Of a DNA stretch of 64,000 nucleotides, positions 59,346-64,000 are shown piece after piece. Both the position numbers and the translations under genes were made by a program. Under the pieces are notes generated by a model. The model had not been told where the DNA came from, ran no database searches, and saw only the letters and a list, made by a program, of their open reading frames with translations. Every line of letters begins with the position of its first letter. Position 1 is the first letter of the stretch. This DNA is from Gemmatimonadales bacterium (GTDB lineage Bacteria; Gemmatimonadota; Gemmatimonadetes; Gemmatimonadales; GWC2-71-9), in assembly GCA_965249575.1 (NCBI GenBank), contig OZ252244.1:1792001-1856000 (forward strand). Direction: 5' to 3'.

Positions 59346-60452
59346 CTGGAACTCCCGACCTCGCACCGCGTTCCCGTGTCTTGGCTGCGCGAAAACGCAT
59401 GCGCTTCAATTCGCTGGCGGACCGTGGAGGACGTGCTCCCTCCGGGCGCGGCGAGCGAAGCAGACCGGGCGGCTCTTCAAGAAGAAGTCGTTACGCAAAA
59501 ACAAGTTACGCAGATCACCCGTAAGCAGAAGAGCACGGGGATTTGGGCCGACAACATCCTGGGATTGGCCCCGGCAAAGAGCCAGGGTATCAAGGGTGTT
59601 GGGACAGTGTCGCAATACCGTCGGCTACTAGAGCTCGGGCGTCCGCTCGGTGGCCGACCGTTTCGGCTAGCCGAACGCACGTTCTACCGGTTGCTCTCTC
59701 GTGATGAAGATCCGGCCCTCCTGTTCGAGTACCGCACCGGTGCGAAGACAAATCCGGAGTACGGAACCTGGGGGCGCAACCTCATACGCGAGGGCATCAG
59801 CGCGGCCTTGGCACAGGGCGGCCATATCGAGGACCCGCGCCTGCGCGGCTCCGCTCACAGAATCTCGTCGGAGATCTCCCAGTTCCTCAGGAGTGGGATC
59901 GGCGAAAAGCCGCTCATCCGAAAGAAGAACCGCACCATCCTCCATCCCGAGGCCTATCCCCCCACGGTGTATTCCGTGAGCATGATCGCGTACATGCCAA
60001 GTCTCCAGCGAGAGCGCGCCGGTTTCGTGCAGCGGCTTTGCGACTACCTCGCGAAGCCGGCTTCCAAGCGCGCGTTCTCGATAGTGCTGGGTAGAAAGAT
60101 CGTGAAGCCTACCTTTCAGTTGCTCGGCGATCCGATTCAGGCGGACGCCGCCGGACGGGCGAAGGACATCCCGTTCGCGCTCCATTGGATCGAGGTGCTG
60201 ACTAGGCTGGGCATGCTGGAGTCTTCTACCACCGCCCCGAAGGTGCTGAACCGGTTACTGGGCGAATGCGACGCGCGCGGAGTCTGGAATCCCAAGGGCC
60301 TCCGATCGCTGCCGAAAAGTCCGAGCAAGATGGCGGATTTCGCGTTTCCGCTCGAATTGGACGGGAAGACCGTGGAGAGGCGGCAGGCAGACGTCACGTT
60401 CCGCCTAGCCCTGATCGCGAAGCTGGCCGGCTGGACCCTGGAATACACCTAA
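59346..60452 (+). CDS. Conserved hypothetical alpha-helical protein (probable CTG start)
   Basis: Long ORF; GGAGG 5 nt before an in-frame CTG at 59346. Confidence 0.75.
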   Translation: MELPTSHRVPVSWLRENACASIRWRTVEDVLPPGAASEADRAALQEEVVTQKQVTQITRKQKSTGIWADNILGLAPAKSQGIKGVGTVSQYRRLLELGRPLGGRPFRLAERTFYRLLSRDEDPALLFEYRTGAKTNPEYGTWGRNLIREGISAALAQGGHIEDPRLRGSAHRISSEISQFLRSGIGEKPLIRKKNRTILHPEAYPPTVYSVSMIAYMPSLQRERAGFVQRLCDYLAKPASKRAFSIVLGRKIVKPTFQLLGDPIQADAAGRAKDIPFALHWIEVLTRLGMLESSTTAPKVLNRLLGECDARGVWNPKGLRSLPKSPSKMADFAFPLELDGKTVERRQADVTFRLALIAKLAGWTLEYT

Positions 60453-60510
60453 CGGCCCGTGGCAACGGGGCCAGCCAAAGCTAGTTGCATAACAGGCAAG
60501 AAACAGCCAT

Positions 60511-60529
60511 AGTTGTTGTCATAACAACT
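60511..60529. promoter_or_regulatory. Palindromic operator upstream of the TrmB-TetR pair
   Basis: AGTTGTT-GTCAT-AACAACT overlapping a TTGCAT-17nt-CATAGT promoter. Confidence 0.6.
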
Positions 60530-60536
60530 CCGGCTC

Positions 60537-61241
60537 ATGATCGACCTCTCCCCGTTCGGATTCACCAAGACAGAGAGCACGGCCTATTCGGCGCTGCTCG
60601 CTCGCGGGCCTTCAGGTGGATATGCTGTGGCGAAGGCCTTGAGTATCGCCCGCGCGAACGCGTATCAGGCGCTGAACGGACTAGTTGCCAAGGGTGCAGC
60701 GATTCGTCTCGACGGACAGCCTCAGCGATTCAAGGCAATCCGGCCGCAGGCGCTCCTTGCGCGACTGGTCGAGCGCGTTGGCGGGCAACTCGACCGGCTC
60801 GAATCGCAAATCGCTGAAGATGGGGCGGGCGACGGCGACGCCGTCTTGCCGATCACCGGCAGTCGTGCGTTTCTGGACGTCGCGACCCGAACAGCCGCGC
60901 GCGCGGTGTCGCCGGTTACCTGCGTCGCTCCCCAACAGGAGTTGCAGGACCTTGCGCCGGCCTGGCGTAAGCGTGCCGCCGACGGACACCAGACCGATCT
61001 CTGGGTCATCGGTTCCCTCCCGGAGACCTTCCCGCTCCAACTGGCGGGAAGCGTCTCGGATGAGCGCGCTAAGAGTTGTTTTGGTGGCTCGGTGGCGCTG
61101 CTCTCCTGCGCCGAAGGCGCCGTTGTGGTCACGCTCGATGGCGATGCCGCGCGAGGCTACTGGACCTCGGACCCCGTACTACTCGGCACGTTGTGTGGAG
61201 CGGTAGCCCACCTCACGGGGGCTGATGTCTCTGGCAGGTGA
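60537..61241 (+). CDS. TrmB family transcriptional regulator
   Basis: FGFTKTE..AY.ALL..GPSGGYAVAK...ARANAYQALNGLVAKG. Confidence 0.88.
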   Translation: MIDLSPFGFTKTESTAYSALLARGPSGGYAVAKALSIARANAYQALNGLVAKGAAIRLDGQPQRFKAIRPQALLARLVERVGGQLDRLESQIAEDGAGDGDAVLPITGSRAFLDVATRTAARAVSPVTCVAPQQELQDLAPAWRKRAADGHQTDLWVIGSLPETFPLQLAGSVSDERAKSCFGGSVALLSCAEGAVVVTLDGDAARGYWTSDPVLLGTLCGAVAHLTGADVSGR

Positions 61242-61247
61242 TGTAAC

Positions 61248-61838
61248 GTGAATGCCAAGCCATCTCGAAACACCAAGGCCACAATTGCCGCCGCCGCCAG
61301 AGAAGAGTTCGCTCGCCTCGGCTACGCCGGAGCGCGCGTAGAGCGAATCGCCCGGCGGGCCGGCGTGAACAAACAACTCATCTTCTACTACTTCGGCTCG
61401 AAACGCGGGCTCTACGACTCCGTGGTCCAAGGTGCCGCACACGGCGTACTGCGAGGAGAGCAAGGGAAGCATGACGACCCGGGGGCCGCAACCGACGGAC
61501 TTCGGCGGGCAGTGCAACAGTTGTTCGACGATTTGCAAGCTCAACCCGACGTGACGGCTTTACTGCTGCATGACGCGCGCGACGCCGACGGAAGCGTGGA
61601 GCTGGCAGGGCCCGTCCTGTTACGGATGCTGAATCGGATAAGCAAAGTCGTCTCGGAAGGACAGGGACTGGGGTATTTCCGGGATAACGCCAACCCGGAA
61701 ACGATTGCGCGCCAGGCAATCGTGCTCGCGTTGGGCTACCTGGCGCTCGAACCCGCCCTGCGATCGGAGCGGAACCTCTCGAGAGAGGAGTGGCGCGAGG
61801 GCGTGAGCGAATTGCTTGCCCGCGCCCTCGCCTGGTGA
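61248..61838 (+). CDS. TetR/AcrR family regulator
   Basis: AAREEFA..GYAGARVERIARRAGVNKQLIFYYFGSK. Confidence 0.92.
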   Translation: MNAKPSRNTKATIAAAAREEFARLGYAGARVERIARRAGVNKQLIFYYFGSKRGLYDSVVQGAAHGVLRGEQGKHDDPGAATDGLRRAVQQLFDDLQAQPDVTALLLHDARDADGSVELAGPVLLRMLNRISKVVSEGQGLGYFRDNANPETIARQAIVLALGYLALEPALRSERNLSREEWREGVSELLARALAW

Positions 61839-61847
61839 GACCCGAGC

Positions 61848-64000
61848 CTACCGAATGGTCGTTACCAATTCCGGTCGTGGCTGTGGTCCCCGCACACCAG
61901 GGCTATCGAGCCCGCCGTCCAACGCCAAGTCCAACACCTCACTGAGGCTCTCGACCGCATGTACCGAAAGGTGTTCTCGCTCCTCATCCCTCAGGTCCTC
62001 GAGATCTCTGAGGTTCTCCTTCGGGAGGACAATCTTCGAGATTCCGGCGCGACAGGCGCCAAGCACCTTTTCCTTGACCCCGCCGATCGCCAAGACACGA
62101 CCAGAAAGGGTCACCTCACCCGTCATCGCGATGTCGTGCCGCACGGGGATCCCTGACAAAGCGCTCACGAGCGCGGTCGCCATCGTCACCCCCGCAGACG
62201 GTCCGTCCTTTGGAATCGCGCCGGCCGGCACGTGGATGTGGACGTCCTTGTCCCCAAACATCGACTCCGGAATACCGAGTTCCTCCGCGTGCGTTTTAGC
62301 ATAGGTCAAGGCGGCCCGAGCGGATTCCTTCATGACATCGCCGAGCTGGCCGGTGAGCACCAGTTCCCCCTTCCCGCGCGTAACCGACACCTCGACGAAC
62401 ATGATGTCTCCGCCGACGGGCGTGTAGAACATGCCCGTGGCAATGCCGACCTGATCGTTTTCGAATGCCCGCTCGGGATGCACCACCGGTCTCCCGGCGA
62501 GCTTGGAGATGTCATCGTCCGAGACTTCCACGCGATCGACGTCACCGCCAGCAACCTGCCGTGCCACTTTACGCGCCACCTTCCCCAGCTCGCGCTCCAG
62601 TTGTCGAACGCCGGCTTCCCGAGTGTACCCGGAGATGAGGCTGGCGATGGCCGGGTCGCTGAACTGGAGCTGATCCCGCGTAAGACCCGCGTCCGTTAGC
62701 TGTCGTGGAATCAAGTACCGCCGCGCGATAGCCGACTTTTCACGCTCGGTATATCCGCTGAACTCGACGAGCTCCATGCGATCGAGCAGCGGCCCGGGGA
62801 TGTTCTGCCGGAGGTTCCCGGTCGCAATGAAGAGGACCTCCGACAGATCGAATGGCACACCGAGGTAATGGTCGGTGAAACTGTCATTCTGTGCGGGGTC
62901 CAACACCTCCAGCAACGCCGACGGGGGGTCCCCCTGGAACGACACACCCAGTTTGTCGACCTCGTCGAGCAGGAATACGGGGTTCTTGGTTCCCGCCCGC
63001 TTCATGCCCTGAATCACGCGGCCGGGCATGGCCCCGACGTACGTCCGCCTGTGTCCGCGGATGTCGGCCTCGTCGCGTGCGCCTCCCAACGAGATCCGCA
63101 CGTACTTTCGACCCATCGCCCGCGCGATGGATTTGGCGATGGACGTCTTCCCGACTCCGGGCGGCCCGACGAAGAGGAGGATCGACCCCTTGGCTCGTTT
63201 GTCGTCTTCGTTACCGGCGCCGGGAGCGTCGTTGGAACCCGCCTCCGACTGCCCGGCGGCTCCCCGGAGCTGCCGAACCGCCAGGAACTCCAGTACGCGG
63301 TCCTTGACGTCCTGGAGACCGAAGTGATCCTCATCGAGAATGTCGGCGGCACGTTTGAAGTCCAGGTGGTCGTCGCTTCGCTCGTTCCAGGGTAGCTCGC
63401 CTACCGTCTCCAGGTAGGTGCGAATGACCTGGCCTTCCATCGATTCGCGCGACGCTCGCTCCAGCCGCCTGAGCTCCCGGTTGATTTCCTTGCGGGCGTC
63501 CTCGGGAAGCGCAAGGCTCTCCAAGCGCTCGCGCAACTCGTCGACATCCTCCGCCTCCTCGTCGTCGCCTAGCTCGTGCCGGATTGCCTTAAGTTGCTCG
63601 CGGAGAAACATCTCCCTCTGCCGTTGGCCCAGCTCCTCCTGGACCTTCGACTTGATTTCTTCCTGCGCGTTGAGAAGTTGGAGCTGTCGCTGCATGTGCA
63701 CGAGAACTCTGCGCAATCGCTCTTCCACACCGAGCGTCTCGAGCAGCGCCTGCCGCTCCTCAGGCGGCACTTCGATATAACCAGCAACCATGTCGGCGAA
63801 GCGACCGGGGTCGGTCACGCCCTCCAGAATCTGCTGCACCGCTTCTTCCGGGAGGCCGATCTTCTGCCCCACCTCCGCCGCCCGCTCACGCACCTCCTTG
63901 TGCAACGCAATGAACGCCGGGTCCTCAGAATCGACGGGCGGAAAATCGGGGGCGTGCTGGACCACGCACTCGATATAGCCGTCTTTCTCGGCGTAGTGGA
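61848..64000 (-). CDS. lon: Endopeptidase La (3' part, start outside window)
   Basis: GPPGVGKTS, LLDEVDK, PKDGPSAG, IGGVKEK. Confidence 0.96.
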   Translation of the reverse strand, partial: HYAEKDGYIECVVQHAPDFPPVDSEDPAFIALHKEVRERAAEVGQKIGLPEEAVQQILEGVTDPGRFADMVAGYIEVPPEERQALLETLGVEERLRRVLVHMQRQLQLLNAQEEIKSKVQEELGQRQREMFLREQLKAIRHELGDDEEAEDVDELRERLESLALPEDARKEINRELRRLERASRESMEGQVIRTYLETVGELPWNERSDDHLDFKRAADILDEDHFGLQDVKDRVLEFLAVRQLRGAAGQSEAGSNDAPGAGNEDDKRAKGSILLFVGPPGVGKTSIAKSIARAMGRKYVRISLGGARDEADIRGHRRTYVGAMPGRVIQGMKRAGTKNPVFLLDEVDKLGVSFQGDPPSALLEVLDPAQNDSFTDHYLGVPFDLSEVLFIATGNLRQNIPGPLLDRMELVEFSGYTEREKSAIARRYLIPRQLTDAGLTRDQLQFSDPAIASLISGYTREAGVRQLERELGKVARKVARQVAGGDVDRVEVSDDDISKLAGRPVVHPERAFENDQVGIATGMFYTPVGGDIMFVEVSVTRGKGELVLTGQLGDVMKESARAALTYAKTHAEELGIPESMFGDKDVHIHVPAGAIPKDGPSAGVTMATALVSALSGIPVRHDIAMTGEVTLSGRVLAIGGVKEKVLGACRAGISKIVLPKENLRDLEDLRDEEREHLSVHAVESLSEVLDLALDGGLDSPGVRGPQPRPELVTTIR

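Noticed and set aside
228..63978. Many long overlapping alternative-frame ORFs (e.g. 22000-23379, 39057-40139, 44347-45582)
   Set aside because: Arg/Pro/Gly-rich shadow ORFs typical of high-GC DNA, with no motifs

Overview
64 kb of a high-GC bacterial chromosome. The gene families (kinase-TPR receptors, M14/M28/S9 peptidases, swivel-first aconitase) suggest Gemmatimonadota; this is inference. Most genes are core or housekeeping: mlaEF, mutY, nadE, tupA, ispH, pfkA, lon and several regulators. No rRNA, tRNA, CRISPR array, transposase or integrase was recognised. About ten genes are split by single-base frameshifts, often in G/C runs, or by one in-frame TAG, as expected of long-read assembly errors. 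Main points: (1) A DNA-damage cluster (Cys-rich Zn-ribbon peptide, SPL-like radical SAM, VOC; DUF72 divergent from imuB-DUF6504-dnaE2) whose two promoter regions carry the same 21-bp sequence containing CCGAA-N6-CCGAA, a candidate lineage-specific SOS box. (2) A CxxU SelW/Rdx selenoprotein with a clear SECIS, missed by the ORF track. (3) An adenine methyltransferase followed by an abruptly truncated helicase-like ORF. (4) A kinase-TPR / orphan 112-aa protein / divergent secreted S8 protease / kinase cluster. (5) A tetR gene carrying a second copy of its putative operator inside its own CDS. (6) A family of heptamer-based intergenic repeats.
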